A stretch of DNA of 64,000 nucleotides from Octopus bimaculoides (GCF_001194135.2 NC_069000.1:4674548-4738547), one strand, 5' to 3'; positions 12,619-27,835 are shown, numbered from the stretch's first letter. Translations and numbers: made by a program. Notes: generated from the letters alone by a model not told the origin.

Positions 12619-13354
12619 ATATACAGGTAGCTAGATAGATATATACAGACACATGCACAGGCACACAGACACTCACAAACACATACATGTGTATATACAT
12701 ATATATATANNNNNNNNNNNNNNNNNNNNNNNNNNNNNNNNNNNNNNNNNNNNNNNNNNNNNNNNNNNNNNNNNNNNNNNNNNNNNNNNNNNNNNNNNNN
12801 NNNNNNNNNNNNNNNNNNNNNNNNNNNNNNNNNNNNNNNNNNNNNNNNNNNNNNNNNNNNNNNNNNNNNNNNNNNNNNNNNNNNNNNNNNNNNNNNNNNN
12901 NNNNNNNNNNNNNNNNNNNNNNNNNNNNNNNNNNNNNNNNNNNNNNNNNNNNNNNNNNNNNNNNNNNNNNNNNNNNNNNNNNNNNNNNNNNNNNNNNNNN
13001 NNNNNNNNNNNNNNNNNNNNNNNNNNNNNNNNNNNNNNNNNNNNNNNNNNNNNNNNNNNNNNNNNNNNNNNNNNNNNNNNNNNNNNNNNNNNNNNNNNNN
13101 NNNNNNNNNNNNNNNNNNNNNNNNNNNNNNNNNNNNNNNNNNNNNNNNNNNNNNNNNNNNNNNNNNNNNNNNNNNNNNNNNNNNNNNNNNNNNNNNNNNN
13201 NNNNNNNNNNNNNNNNNNNNNNNNNNNNNNNNNNNNNNNNNNNNNNNNNNNNNNNNNNNNNNNNNNNNNNNNNNNNNNNNNNNNNNNNNNNNNNNNNNNN
13301 NNNNNNNNNNNNNNNNNNNNNNNNNNNNNNNNNNNNNNNNNNNNNNNNNNNNNN

Positions 13355-13388
<34 letters not shown>

Positions 13389-14061
13389 GTCTGCGTGTGT
13401 GCGTGCATGTATGTATCTAACAATATATGTATATATGCATGTATGTATCTATTTATTTATCTCTCCATCTATCTGTAACTATCTCTTTATCTAACAATTT
13501 CTCTTTCTCTCTCTTCCTCCATATTTATTGCGTGTGTATGTGTGTGTGAGTGCGTGTCTGTACATTGGTTCGTAATCAACTCAACAGCCAAATGTATTGG
13601 AGTCTAGCAGCGATTCACACAAGACTATTTTTTCATTGTACTGTGACATAACTGCATATGCACTAGACGTTTCAACACGCAACAACTCTCGCTGGCCTAA
13701 ACAATACACACACATAGAAACATGCATTTATCACCAAAAAAAAAACCCATTACGCACTCTCAAGTGTACCTGTCTGTATACATCCACACAAAAACCTATA
13801 TACACACTTGCACACAGATATATAATCGTAGGAGCTGACTACGATTTCAGATTCATACGGAAGATGATTTCAGACAACTAGTAGGATTATGACATCCTAA
13901 ATGGGTGTACATACATACATACATACATACATACATACATACATACATACCCACGCCGATATGTACACGCATATATCTGTGTATACATATATACAAGGGT
14001 GGCCCAAATGTAGGTCTACAACTATCTCTTTCGCATTCATATATTAACATATATATATATT

Positions 14062-14093
14062 CAACAGGCGTCTTTCAGTTTCCGTCTACCAAT
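14062..14093 (-). mobile_element. 3' tail fragment of SINE family 3 (ggtagacggaaactgaaaga)
   Basis: Same motif at 53828-53855; partial at 61440. Confidence 0.6.
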
Positions 14094-14426
14094 ATATATG
14101 AATAGATATATGAATATATATGTACCTATGCATGTATATATATATATANNNNNNNNNNNNNNNNNNNNNNNNNNNNNNNNNNNNNNNNNNNNNNNNNNNN
14201 NNNNNNNNNNNNNNNNNNNNNNNNNNNNNNNNNNNNNNNNNNNNNNNNNNNNNNNNNNNNNNNNNNNNNNNNNNNNNNNNNNNNNNNNNNNNNNNNNNNN
14301 NNNNNNNNNNNNNNNNNNNNNNNNNNNNNNNNNNNNNNNNNNNNNNNNNNNNNNNNNNNNNNNNNNNNNNNNNNNNNNNNNNNNNNNNNNNNNNNNNNNN
14401 NNNNNNNNTATCTATCTATCTATCTA

Positions 14427-14481
<55 letters not shown>

Positions 14482-14880
14482 GTGTGTGTGTGTGTGTGTG
14501 TGTGTTTATAATACACAGATAAGCATGGATAAATGCTCTTATTTAAGTAACCATATTTATGGTTGAACATAGGCGCGCATTGTTTAAATCTAGACAAGAC
14601 ATCAAACACAACCTATTACATACAACTCCGCATTCTGTGGCATGGCACCTCATCTCCGTACATTTCAGTTCTACAATCAAATCTTCGGATTGTGCTTAGT
14701 AGTAAATTGATAATTCTTTATAGATAGATTCTGGTTCCCTGTTACATTTTCAGCCAATCATCTCTTCCTAAATGTACCCCGAAAGCCTCATTTTCATACA
14801 CCAAATACTTTCAACTTACGGACAATTATAGTATAGAACTTTAGACAGCATAATTTTCGATGACAATTTTCCCTCTGCAG

Positions 14881-14960
14881 ATCACGGCGTGTTTATCAAA
14901 ATGGAAGAATTGATGTTGTCGACGGTGTTAATGGAATATGATTTTATCCATTGTCCAAGA
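14881..14960 (+). other. Candidate 80-nt exon (phase 1: DHGVFIKMEELMLSTVLMEYDFIHCPR), product unknown
   Basis: Strong acceptor ttttccctctgcag and donor aga|gtaagc. Only one frame is open. No homology recognised. Confidence 0.3.
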
Positions 14961-16012
14961 GTAAGCGTCTCTACTCTTGATGGAAACAGAGTTAATACAT
15001 ATGTAGAAAGTCTATTGAAGATCTATTACTGAATATCTGAATTGCTTTTCGATTCCATTGTATTCCTTTTATAGCTATATAATTTTCTCATTATTTATTT
15101 CATTTCAACTTCAGTTCGGTACGTCTCCATTTTCTTCGCCACATCGTATTTCACTTCACTTTATATCATCTCGTCATGTATTTGTTTGTAACTTCAGTTA
15201 ATAGCTCACCTATATAAACTCTATTCATTGTTATCTGTATTAGACATTTCTAAGTTTTTCCTTATCAATACCTAATGTTCTATAAGCGTTGAAAGTCGTA
15301 TTGTTTCACAAGTTCACATCACAGACTCAAGATATGGGGTTCAATGCCTGTGTGTATGTGTGTGTGGTTGGCATTCTTGAGACAGATGTTTCTTCTACCT
15401 ATAATATTACGGAGATTTGAATAATATCTTGTCAGCGAAAATATTGGTACAGGGAAAATGTGCAGAAGCCTATTCTACGTATATAAATGTATATATAAAT
15501 ATATACATATGTATATATTAATACGCATGTATATATAAACATGTGTCTTTGTATATATCTGTATACTTGCTTCTATGTGTATATGATCATGTATGCATGA
15601 ATTGACAATGGGCGAAAATTCTTATCAATAGCTTCACGAAACTGATAAGGGAGGTTGGATTTGATCTGCTTATCAAATAGAATGATCAAATAAATTATCT
15701 TACTGGAACCCACCTTGTTATTTGGGTAATTATCTCGAAAAGTTCTAGAGTTATTCTTATTACGTATAAAGAAAAATAAAGAACGGTTATCATGGGGCAG
15801 CCAGGTTTTTGCAAATCCCCTCGTGAATATACTGTGCTACTCTATCATGCCTGTTGAGATACTCTGTAGGCGCAAGAATACTGCAGATGGTGCTGATACT
15901 CCCAACTGCACCAATTACTATCGGTATCACGTCTACTCTCATCATTAACCACAACCTTCGTATTTACCACTTCGAATCGCCATACTTGTTTATTTTCCTT
16001 CTTTCACATATC

Positions 16013-16205
16013 ATCAGCCACCAAGGGACTTGCTCAACTGGTTAAGGTCAAACAACTGACAAGCAAATCTTTGGTATTGAGCAGAATATTTACTGTAACC
16101 CGTCTTTTATACCAAGACAAAACAATGTACATGATAACACCTCCAATCAATTAAGATCAGAAGCCATGAGAGTTACTGCTTGGTACTGCATCCGGTCATT
16201 TATTT
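16013..16205. mobile_element. Copy of a common octopus interspersed repeat
   Basis: GC-richer block (aaggtcaaacaactgacaagc...gaagccatgagag...ggtactgcatc) that I recognise as recurrent in octopus DNA; not verified by search. Confidence 0.45.
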
Positions 16206-16255
16206 CTAATATTATTATTATCATTATTATTATTATCAATATCATTATCATCATC

Positions 16256-16287
<32 letters not shown>

Positions 16288-16619
16288 TATTAATATTATT
16301 ATTGCTATTATTATTATTAATATTATATCTGATAGAATGCATCACTCGTATGTTTTATCGGTTCGTTTCTTTGCTCGTCTATTTCTGTCACTTTATTATT
16401 AAATATTATTTTACATATTCATAGTCTTGATATTGTTATCATTCTTCATCACAGCAAAATTATGAAAATTCCTAGGATTACTGTTGTTCCTCTTGTTACT
16501 GCTGTTATTTTGCCCTACTATTTTTGTAACAGTTATCATATTCTGATGTCGAAAAAGCCAGCAAACTAACAATATAAATAAATAACAAACAATTCAACCA
16601 TATTTGTCAAAATTAAATG

Positions 16620-16633
16620 AATTTTTCTTCAAC

Positions 16634-16697
<64 letters not shown>

Positions 16698-16751
16698 TGT
16701 TATTTTATTATTATTACTGTTAATATTATTTATATTATTATTATTATTATC

Positions 16752-16801
<50 letters not shown>

Positions 16802-16830
16802 TGTTATTATATCTTTACTACTGTTATTTA

Positions 16831-16873
<43 letters not shown>

Positions 16874-16875
16874 AT

Positions 16876-16910
<35 letters not shown>

Positions 16911-16952
16911 TCATCATCGTCATCCTCCTCCTCCTCCTCCTCCTCCTCCTCC

Positions 16953-16988
<36 letters not shown>

Positions 16989-17000
16989 GTATTATTATTT
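16620..17000. repeat. Compound trinucleotide microsatellite (TAT)n-(TAG)n-(CCT)n-(CAT)n
   Basis: Directly visible. Confidence 0.95.
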
Positions 17001-17816
17001 TTATTATTTTCGTTTATTATTATGATTATCGTGATCATCACCATTGCCTTTCAACTTTTGAATTATCCATCAGTTTCTCTGTGCATTAGTTATGCACTTT
17101 TTTTCCCCTCTTGCTCTTATTGTAATTCCTTTTTGTTTTTGTTTCTTTTTGAAATGTCGTCTTGTGTTTCTATTTTGTATACAACATTTACTTTCAGTTC
17201 ATATAATCTGTTTGTTGTGCTTTTATTAACTATACACCCAAACACACTGCTAACTTCTCCTACATAGCTACGATTCTGACATATCGATTTTCATCTATAT
17301 ACGTATATACATAAGCATACATAAAAATATATATACATTCATGTGTACGTGTGTGCATATATGCATGTATGCATATCAGTGTTTGTATGTGCGTATGTAT
17401 ATTTTCTTGTACATGTACAGATTAAAATTGATATATCAGAAATATTACTTATATACATACACAGGCATACACAAACATACATGCACACACAAACACACTC
17501 ATATATACACATATATATAGATGCCACCGTGTAAATATGTTCCACCTCCCTTTAATAATAATATTTGATTTGCAGATATTATGTATATATAGGTAGATTC
17601 CACTAGGTGTGTATATACACGCATACAAAGCTACATACACAAGCGTATATAGATATATAAATGCACACATACACACAACACACACACACGCAACATACAC
17701 ATACACACATATATACATATACATATATACATATAAATATATACACATATGCATTCAAACAATGTATATATATATATTCCGTCTCCCTTTGATAATAGTC
17801 TATGTAAGAATGATAT

Positions 17817-17895
<79 letters not shown>

Positions 17896-17903
17896 AATCT
17901 ATC

Positions 17904-17935
<32 letters not shown>

Positions 17936-18522
17936 AATATATATATATTCATGTATGTATTATGTATGTATCTATCTATATATGTGTATATATATATGTA
18001 TATATATGTATATNNNNNNNNNNNNNNNNNNNNNNNNNNNNNNNNNNNNNNNNNNNNNNNNNNNNNNNNNNNNNNNNNNNNNNNNNNNNNNNNNNNNNNN
18101 NNNNNNNNNNNNNNNNNNNNNNNNNNNNNNNNNNNNNNNNNNNNNNNNNNNNNNNNNNNNNNNNNNNNNNNNNNNNNNNNNNNNNNNNNNNNNNNNNNNN
18201 NNNNNNNNNNNNNNNNNNNNNNNNNNNNNNNNNNNNNNNNNNNNNNNNNNNNNNNNNNNNNNNNNNNNNNNNNNNNNNNNNNNNNNNNNNNNNNNNNNNN
18301 NNNNNNNNNNNNNNNNNNNNNNNNNNNNNNNNNNNNNNNNNNNNNNNNNNNNNNNNNNNNNNNNNNNNNNNNNNNNNNNNNNNNNNNNNNNNNNNNNNNN
18401 NNNNNNNNNNNNNNNNNNNNNNNNNNNNNNNNNNNNNNNNNNNNNNNNNNNNNNNNNNNNNNNNNNNNNNNNNNNNNNNNNNNNNNNNNNNNNNNNNNNN
18501 NNNNNNNNNNNNNNNNNNNNNN

Positions 18523-18580
<58 letters not shown>

Positions 18581-18859
18581 ACATATATACATGCTCAAAT
18601 GTGCACGTACACAAACACACATAGGTATCTGTGCATGTAGGTTTTCTGGCAGCCATTTGCATTTGTGCTTGTATGTATATATGAAATTATTTTGCGTATG
18701 GTAAATATACATATATACTTCTTTATACACTTAAGTTAGTGTGCGTATATATGCGTATATATGCGCATGTATACATGCCTACATACATATAGATGCGTCT
18801 CTCTCTCGCTCTCTCGGTCTCTGTCTATCTAGCTTTTTCTGTTACCGGTACAAATTATG

Positions 18860-19015
18860 TTGAATGGTCCAATCGATAACTTGGCCTCCCATATTCAACT
18901 GGTAATTACGTTCCCCGCAAAGATCACAGTGAGCTTCGAGCACGGTGGGTTTTGAACTCTGAACATTTAATGTGCTAAAATATTGCTACATTTTGACTGG
19001 CATGTTAACGATTTT
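18860..19015 (-). mobile_element. Highly degenerate SINE family 1 copy
   Basis: Remnants aatcgat, caactggta, tttgaactctgaac and gttaacgattttgcc in the expected order. Confidence 0.55.
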
Positions 19016-19905
19016 GCCTTTACTTTACCTTAATTCATACACACACATACACACTCATATGTAATATATATATAATTATAAATACGGGCAAAAGGAAAAA
19101 AATTCTTTGCCAATATGTTGAAAAACAGAGGCTAAATCGTCTAAGCACATAAAATACGAGGAAAGCAAGTCAACAAAAATTCATAAAAATTGTAGTCATC
19201 CTCGAATCGGGTCCGATTTCTGGATTAATCCAAAAGGATTTTTCCTTCATCAGCGAGGAACACAAAATAAAAATTAAATGAAATACATAGACATACCCAC
19301 AGACAAGCAGACGTAAAGTTTTGTATACATTTAAGTACCCCAAATATATCCAAGTCGATAACTAAAATGTTTATGAATTTCTGTTCGGCTTGCTTTGCTC
19401 ATTTCGACACATGGTGTAATAAATATAGTGACAATTGTTGTTCTTAGATGACACATTTTGGAGATCCCTTGGTCATTCCCTTCACATTTCAATCCCTTCA
19501 CATTTTTTACATATTATCTTTGTATGTACACATACATACACACACACACACACACACAGAGAAACACTCACTACACACAAACACAAAAACATTCATGCAC
19601 AGACAGACAGACACAGCCACACACCAAAACACACAGAGATTTATATGTATGCAAGAAATTTGATATGGAATTTAAATATTTTCGATTTTCTCCACATCTT
19701 GGAGACGAACTGAAAATGTGAGAAAAAAAGGAAGAAAAAATATACAGCGTTTGTGAGTTTTTCTTTTTATTTCAACGTCTGCAAAAAAAAAATAACAACA
19801 ACATCACCACCACTAGCAACACCGTCGACATCACCTCCAACTACACCGCCCAAACAAAAAAAAACAACAACAAAGAACTTTTTTCGTTCCTTGGTAAAAA
19901 AAGAA

Positions 19906-19946
<41 letters not shown>

Positions 19947-20215
19947 AAGGCTAAACAAGTGCACATATGCGAACCCATATATAAGACCGTAGGGATCCAT
20001 ATGTATATATATATAATAGTCGTCTACATATATATTATACATACCACATTCACCTACGTATACGCAAACATACAAACATACACGCAGTAACACACTCGAA
20101 CAAAATAGATGTATTTACATGCATATACATATACAAATAAAAGAAGTCTATTTAGAATCTTAGCTTAGCTTTGTATCGAAATTTTTACATAATTGCATAT
20201 ATATATATACATAAT

Positions 20216-20271
<56 letters not shown>

Positions 20272-21039
20272 NNNNNNNNNNNNNNNNNNNNNNNNNNNNN
20301 NNNNNNNNNNNNNNNNNNNNNNNNNNNNNNNNNNNNNNNNNNNNNNNNNNNNNNNNNNNNNNNNNNNNNNNNNNNNNNNNNNNNNNNNNNNNNNNNNNNN
20401 NNNNNNNNNNNNNNNNNNNNNNNNNNNNNNNNNNNNNNNNNNNNNNNNNNNNNNNNNNNNNNNNNNNNNNNNNNNNNNNNNNNNNNNNNNNNNNNNNNNN
20501 NNNNNNNNNNNNNNNNNNNNNNNNNNNNNNNNNNNNNNNNNNNNNNNNNNNNNNNNNNNNNNNNNNNNNNNNNNNNNNNNNNNNNNNNNNNNNNNNNNNN
20601 NNNNNNNNNNNNNNNNNNNNNNNNNNNNNNNNNNNNNNNNNNNNNNNNNNNNNNNNNNNNNNNNNNNNNNNNNNNNNNNNNNNNNNNNNNNNNNNNNNNN
20701 NNNNNNNNNNNNNNNNNNNNNNNNNNNNNNNNNNNNNNNNNNNNNNNNNNNNNNNNNNNNNNNNNNNNNNNNNNNNNNNNNNNNNNNNNNNNNNNNNNNN
20801 NNNNNNNNNNNNNNNNNNNNNNNNNNNNNNNNNNNNNNNNNNNNNNNNNNNNNNNNNNNNNNNNNNNNNNNNNNNNNNNNNNNNNNNNNNNNNNNNNNNN
20901 NNNNNNNNNNNNNNNNNNNNNNNNNNNNNNNNNNNNNNNNNNNNNNNNNNNNNNNNNNNNNNNNNNNNNNNNNNNNNNNNNNNNNNNNNNNNNNNNNNNN
21001 NNNNNNNNNNNNNNNNNNNNNNNNNNNNNNNNNNNNNNN

Positions 21040-21086
<47 letters not shown>

Positions 21087-22612
21087 ATGTATGTATATAT
21101 ATATATATATGGAAATTTTAATATATTTCGTCTGTCATATATTACGTCTCATATTCTTAAGTGTAGGAAACGATATATCTAGATTTTAAACTTAGTTCCA
21201 AACATGTGGACAGTTCATTCGTCAGAATGAACACACCGAATGACGCCGAGACATTTATCGTTGATCGAGGGAAGATGCACTTATAAAATGGCGACCAGCT
21301 ATCGTCAATATCACTTTGCTCAGAAGATGAAACTGCGAATGTCCGCAAATATTGAAGGTGAATTTGTAAAGATAAATTTACAAACAGCCAAGTACTCACG
21401 CGAAAAGACGAAAACACCATAATTACATTCATACAACTGTAGCAGAGGCGCCGTGTATTAAAAACAGATTATGAATGTGAGTGTATGTATGTATGTATGT
21501 ATGTATCAGTGAAGGCTTGTATGTTTGTGTGTCGACATGTGTGAGAGTGGTCAGTTGCTTGAAAAACATGTAAAGCAGAACAACTACAATTTCTCAGTTA
21601 AAACAAAATTCTAATTGATTTTAAAGTAGTAACAACAACAACAACAACAACAACAACAAGAGTATATTCAATGTACGGGAACGAAACAAAACGAAATAAA
21701 ATAGATGCCGAGCAGAAGGAAAGAGATAGCTGGAGATTTGATATATCCATCGATGTCTTTGATCTGTTAATAGAATGTCAAATTACAGTTGGAGATGTGT
21801 CAGCTGTCTGCTTTCGATTCTGGTGGTTTTACATTATTCCTTTCAGAGACATAACAATGCTTTTCATTCACATACGAAATACATACGGCTATGTATGTAT
21901 GTATGTATGTATGTATGTATGTATGTATGTATGTATGTATGTGTGTATGTATGTATGTATGTATGTAAGCATGCACGAGTGAATGCATGTATGTATGAAT
22001 GTATGTTTGTATGTTTGTATGTATGAATGAATGTCTATTCTGTTTTGTTTTTAATTCTTCCTCCGAAGAAGGAGCTGGTTTCTAACAAAGATACAAAAAC
22101 TTCATTGTTGGAATGTAGATAAGAAAAACAATCTTAGAATTTAAACTTGAGAAATGTCTTGCATATTTTTACTGTTCCACTTACAAATTGCACTTGTAAT
22201 GTGCAAGAAAGTCGGTCGATCTCCACCAGCATTCCTTGTGTTGATGTTTGTGTACGTATGTAAGTATGTATGTATATATAAATGTAAGTATGTATGTATA
22301 CAGGCATGCGTACATGTATGTCATTGTTCAGCTTTATTTCAAGATTTCTTGCCAATATGTATGTATGTTTGTTTGTAAGTATGTATGTATGCAATTATGT
22401 AAGTATTTATCTGTAGGTATGTGTATATGTATGCATGGACATATATGTATATTAACACATATATATTTACGCCCACACACGTATAATATATATGTATATA
22501 TACATATATATATATGCACACAATATATTCTAATATATTTACATATATTATATATAAGATGTGTATGTATATATATACATACATAAAACGTCTTACAATA
22601 TATATATATATA

Positions 22613-22655
<43 letters not shown>

Positions 22656-23099
22656 TATGTATATATGCATCGTATATGTATGCGTATGAAAACACCATAA
22701 TATATATACACATACATAAATTACATCAAAATATGAAAAAAGTGTATATACTTGGAGCGCATTATTTATCGTGATACAAATTTAAATGTCTCAATGCAGC
22801 TAAGTTCAGATTAAATATTTTATTTATGACAAATGATATAAAAGATTACGAAAGAATTTCGTTTCTGTCTTTATAAACAGTAATCAGTAGACATCCAGGA
22901 ATCATATGAAGACAATGGAATTCTTCAGGGCTTAATGTTCCTCAATTTCTAAAATTCCATATTCATCCGACTCGAAGGATATATAACTTCATGTTAATAT
23001 ATTTTGTGATGAAGAAAAGAATTAACAAATCCTTGGTGATTCCGAGATATTTAAATTTGTAATATGAAATATAAGTTTTAAAGTTTGTTAAAAGGTGAG

Positions 23100-23300
23100 C
23101 AATTTCGGGAGTTGGGTAAATCGATTACATCGACCCCCAGTACTCAACTGGAGTCGATGAATAGTTCTTCGGACATGGGGATAAGCGCCTTGGATTATTT
23201 CTTCCAGCTCCAGGCGTTCTGACTGCAAGTTCTACAGAGGTAAATTTTGCTTTTCATCCTTTCCATAAAATAATATTCCAGTCATATGCTGGGGTCGATT
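23100..23300. mobile_element. Two SINE family 1 fragments in opposite orientation
   Basis: tcgattacatcgacccccagtactcaactgg (minus-type) and ttttgcttttcatccttt...ctggggtcgat (plus-type). Confidence 0.6.
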
Positions 23301-25775
23301 CAAAACTGCTAGACATGTACCCAAACTAGATACAACAATGAAATAACAAAAAGTGAAGGCGAAGATCTTCTTACAATGCGAAAAATGTAAGTTAAGTAAT
23401 CTTTTTATTTCAGGCAGAAATGGCCATAATCCAAATTGCAATTATTCAAGAAATATAAGTCTGCCTAGATCCAGGCAAGTGCTGTATTATCTGGTATAAA
23501 AAGACACATCAGATGTCATGATGGCTCTAAGCTGTAGGTACTGGAGGTGGGAAAACTCTGCATAAGGAGTAGAAAACCACCCTGTATACATACATACATA
23601 AAATATGTTTATAGATATCAATATTTATATGTTGGTAGTATTTTAGTCATTACGTAAAAATAGTACTTTTATGGATAGGTGACAATAATGCAGATGTAAA
23701 AAATAACGGTTTTAGTGTAGATTGAAACCCTGCAAAACTTATCGACCCATGGCCTGTGTTGTTGGGACGTTAGGTGTATACAAAATATCACTCATTTCGA
23801 TCAGAGATTCACTGTTATCTCGGTATAGAATTACACACAATATCATAAATCAATTCCATTGATGATCGACTATGTAGTACGTAATACTTTAACGATCCGT
23901 GCTAGAAAACGATACCTCTTTGTTACAATGAAAAGTAAGACGTACATACATACATACAAACACAAACACACACACATATATAAACGTATATGTATATCGT
24001 CCATGTGTCTGGTGAAATTCACTTGCAAACTGCTGTAGTGTTTATACGTATGTGCTTGCAGAACATTCAGCGCATTGAAATTCGAAACGGAAATAAGAGC
24101 AACATATGTGTATATATATTGGAGTCTTTAATTAGCCGTAATTCTTATGATATATACTCCTGTGTATATAATTCTTGTATCATTTTCCAGCAAAAGAACA
24201 CAAAATTATATCTGCATAGCAGTTAACATGATTTAATTTGTGTATGCATGCATACGTATGTATTGTATGTATGCATATATATATACGTGTATATATATAT
24301 ATATATATNNNNNNNNNNNNNNNNNNNNNNNNNNNNNNNNNNNNNNNNNNNNNNNNNNNNNNNNNNNNNNNNNNNNNNNNNNNNNNNNNNNNNNNNNNNN
24401 NNNNNNNNNNNNNNNNNNNNNNNNNNNNNNNNNNNNNNNNNNNNNNNNNNNNNNNNNNNNNNNNNNNNNNNNNNNNNNNNNNNNNNNNNNNNNNNNNNNN
24501 NNNNNNNNNNNNNNNNNNNNNNNNNNNNNNNNNNNNNNNNNNNNNNNNNNNNNNNNNNNNNNNNNNNNNNNNNNNNNNNNNNNNNNNNNNNNNNNNNNNN
24601 NNNNNNNNNNNNNNNNNNNNNNNNNNNNNNNNNNNNNNNNNNNNNNNNNNNNNNNNNNNNNNNNNNNNNNNNNNNNNNNNNNNNNNNNNNNNNNNNNNNN
24701 NNNNNNNNNNNNNNNNNNNNNNNNNNNNNNNNNNNNNNNNNNNNNNNNNNNNNNNNNNNNNNNNNNNNNNNNNNNNNNNNNNNNNNNNNNNNNNNNNNNN
24801 NNNNNNNNNNNNNNNNNNNNNNNNNNNNNNNNNNNNNNNNNNNNNNNNNNNNNNNNNNNNNNNNNNNNNNNNNNNNNNNNNNNNNNNNNNNNNNNNNNNN
24901 NNNNNNNNNNNNNNNNNNNNNNNNNNNNNNNNNNNNNNNNNNNNNNNNNNNNNNNNNNNNNNNNNNNNNNNNATATATATATATATATATATATACATGT
25001 ATATGTAGAGCAATGTTGTTAATTTAATCACACATTATAATCCGATCTCATGTGAGTGATGCTAATGTGTTTCGGTATAGAATAACCACAAAGCAACAAA
25101 AACAACAACGTTATTGATAATACAAATATTACTAAACCTTCCTACTATTGCAACCACAACAACAACGACAACGCTCCGCCCCGCAACGTCCCCACTAGTA
25201 TACTTGCCACTGCTGCTGCTGCTGCTACCACTACCACTACTAACATTAATACGAAGATGATGAAAGGAAAATGAGAAGAGCATTAATAGAAACTGGAACA
25301 GAAACGATTCAGTGTGTACGTATATATATATATACGCATATACATATATACATATATATATATGTATTTATATATATAAATTATAACGTTATTTTCGAAA
25401 CGTCCACATACTGACAAACAATAACCAACAAATGTTAAAGGAGTCCTTCAACATCCTGCATTCAACGTCCATCCTTTTACAAAAGAAGGAGCGCGGTTAA
25501 AAAAGAATGTAATGATTACACTAGGAAACAAAATACATGTGTACATCAGAAAGTAAAGAATAATGAAACCCATTTCATAAATCGATATCCTTGCGGTTTC
25601 TGTTCATATTTTATCCTTTGTAATTTTCTGTTGTGATGCTCGCCTAGATACAAACATACATACAAAACATACATACATACATACATGCATATATACAAAT
25701 ATACATACATACATACTCACAAACACATGCAGACATCCATACATATATGTGTATAAATGTACATATGTTGATATG

Positions 25776-25806
<31 letters not shown>

Positions 25807-27536
25807 GCATATATACATATATATGTATTCATATATATATATATATATATANNNNNNNNNNNNNNNNNNNNNNNNNNNNNNNNNNNNNNNNNNNNNNNNN
25901 NNNNNNNNNNNNNNNNNNNNNNNNNNNNNNNNNNNNNNNNNNNNNNNNNNNNNNNNNNNNNNNNNNNNNNNNNNNNNNNNNNNNNNNNNNNNNNNNNNNN
26001 NNNNNNNNNNNNNNNNNNNNNNNNNNNNNNNNNNNNNNNNNNNNNNNNNNNNNNNNNNNNNNNNNNNNNNNNNNNNNNNNNNNNNNNNNNNNNNNNNNNN
26101 NNNNNNNNNNNNNNNNNNNNNNNNNNNNNNNNNNNNNNNNNNNNNNNNNNNNNNNNNNNNNNNNNNNNNNNNNNNNNNNNNNNNNNNNNNNNNNNNNNNN
26201 NNNNNNNNNNNNNNNNNNNNNNNNNNNNNNNNNNNNNNNNNNNNNNNNNNNNNNNNNNNNNNNNNNNNNNNNNNNNNNNNNNNNNNNNNNNNNNNNNNNN
26301 NNNNNNNNNNNNNNNNNNNNNNNNNNNNNNNNNNNNNNNNNNNNNNNNNNNNNNNNNNNNNNNNNNTATATATATATATATATAAATGTATATATATATA
26401 CATATATATACACATATGCCTATATATATACATACATATATATCTTGTTGTATTTATGTATATGCATACTCACTCACATACATGCATATACATGTGCACG
26501 TGTGAGTGTACATATGCAAAGCAATGAGATAAAACAGGAATTCTTTATATATGTATATATATACATACATACTTAAATGTTTTGTGTGTGGCTGTGTGTA
26601 TTTCGTAGCGTTTTGATTTTGATTTTCGCTTTCAGGTTTTCTGCCTTCTGAATTGAAAACAAATAATATTGAGCTTATTTTTACACGATGCTACTCAATT
26701 TTCTCTCTTCACGTAACTCACCTTTGCCTATGGAAATGCCTTTGTATTTGTTTATTTATGGCAGGAGAAAAATCTATAAAGACCTTCTGAAAATTGATAT
26801 ATTTATTTCACACAATTACATTTGATTAGCGTGAGATATTTTTGCATAAGGCACTCGGTCTCAGCAACCAAGATGTATATACATACATACATACATACAC
26901 ACATACATATATATATACATACGNNNNNNNNNNNNNNNNNNNNNNNNNNNNNNNNNNNNNNNNNNNNNNNNNNNNNNNNNNNNNNNNNNNNNNNNNNNNN
27001 NNNNNNNNNNNNNNNNNNNNNNNNNNNNNNNNNNNNNNNNNNNNNNNNNNNNNNNNNNNNNNNNNNNNNNNNNNNNNNNNNNNNNNNNNNNNNNNNNNNN
27101 NNNNNNNNNNNNNNNNNNNNNNNNNNNNNNNNNNNNNNNNNNNNNNNNNNNNNNNNNNNNNNNNNNNNNNNNNNNNNNNNNNNNNNNNNNNNNNNNNNNN
27201 NNNNNNNNNNNNNNNNNNNNNNNNNNNNNNNNNNNNNNNNNNNNNNNNNNNNNNNNNNNNNNNNNNNNNNNNNNNNNNNNNNNNNNNNNNNNNNNNNNNN
27301 NNNNNNNNNNNNNNNNNNNNNNNNNNNNNNNNNNNNNNNNNNNNNNNNNNNNNNNNNNNNNNNNNNNNNNNNNNNNNNNNNNNNNNNNNNNNNNNNNNNN
27401 NNNNNNNNNNNNNNNNNNNNNNNNNNNNNNNNNNNNNNNNNNNNNNNNNNNNNNNNNNNNNNNNNNNNNGTGCATGTAAGCATGTATATGAATATTGGCG
27501 TTTATGTAAGTAATGCAGCCGGGAATTTGAATAGAG

Positions 27537-27598
<62 letters not shown>

Positions 27599-27616
27599 TA
27601 TTATTATTCCTGGTAT

Positions 27617-27835
27617 AATACGAGTAGCGGGTCTGGCAGAATTGTTAACACGCTGGACTGAAAGCTTAGCGGCAATTCTCCTGGCGTTACGTCCTGAGTT
27701 CAGCTTTCTCCAGAGTCAACATTGCCTGTAACCCATTTAAGAATCGATAAAGTCGGGCCCTGTGGTTCATATAATCAACTGGACAAAAATTGCCCCACGC
27801 AAAAATTTCAGGCCTTGTAACTTTAGCAGAAAAAC
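27617..27835 (+). mobile_element. Degenerate SINE family 1 copy after (TAT)n
   Basis: Head tggcagaattgttaacacgc, gcttagcggc, ctgagttca; tail aaatttcaggccttgt. Confidence 0.75.
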
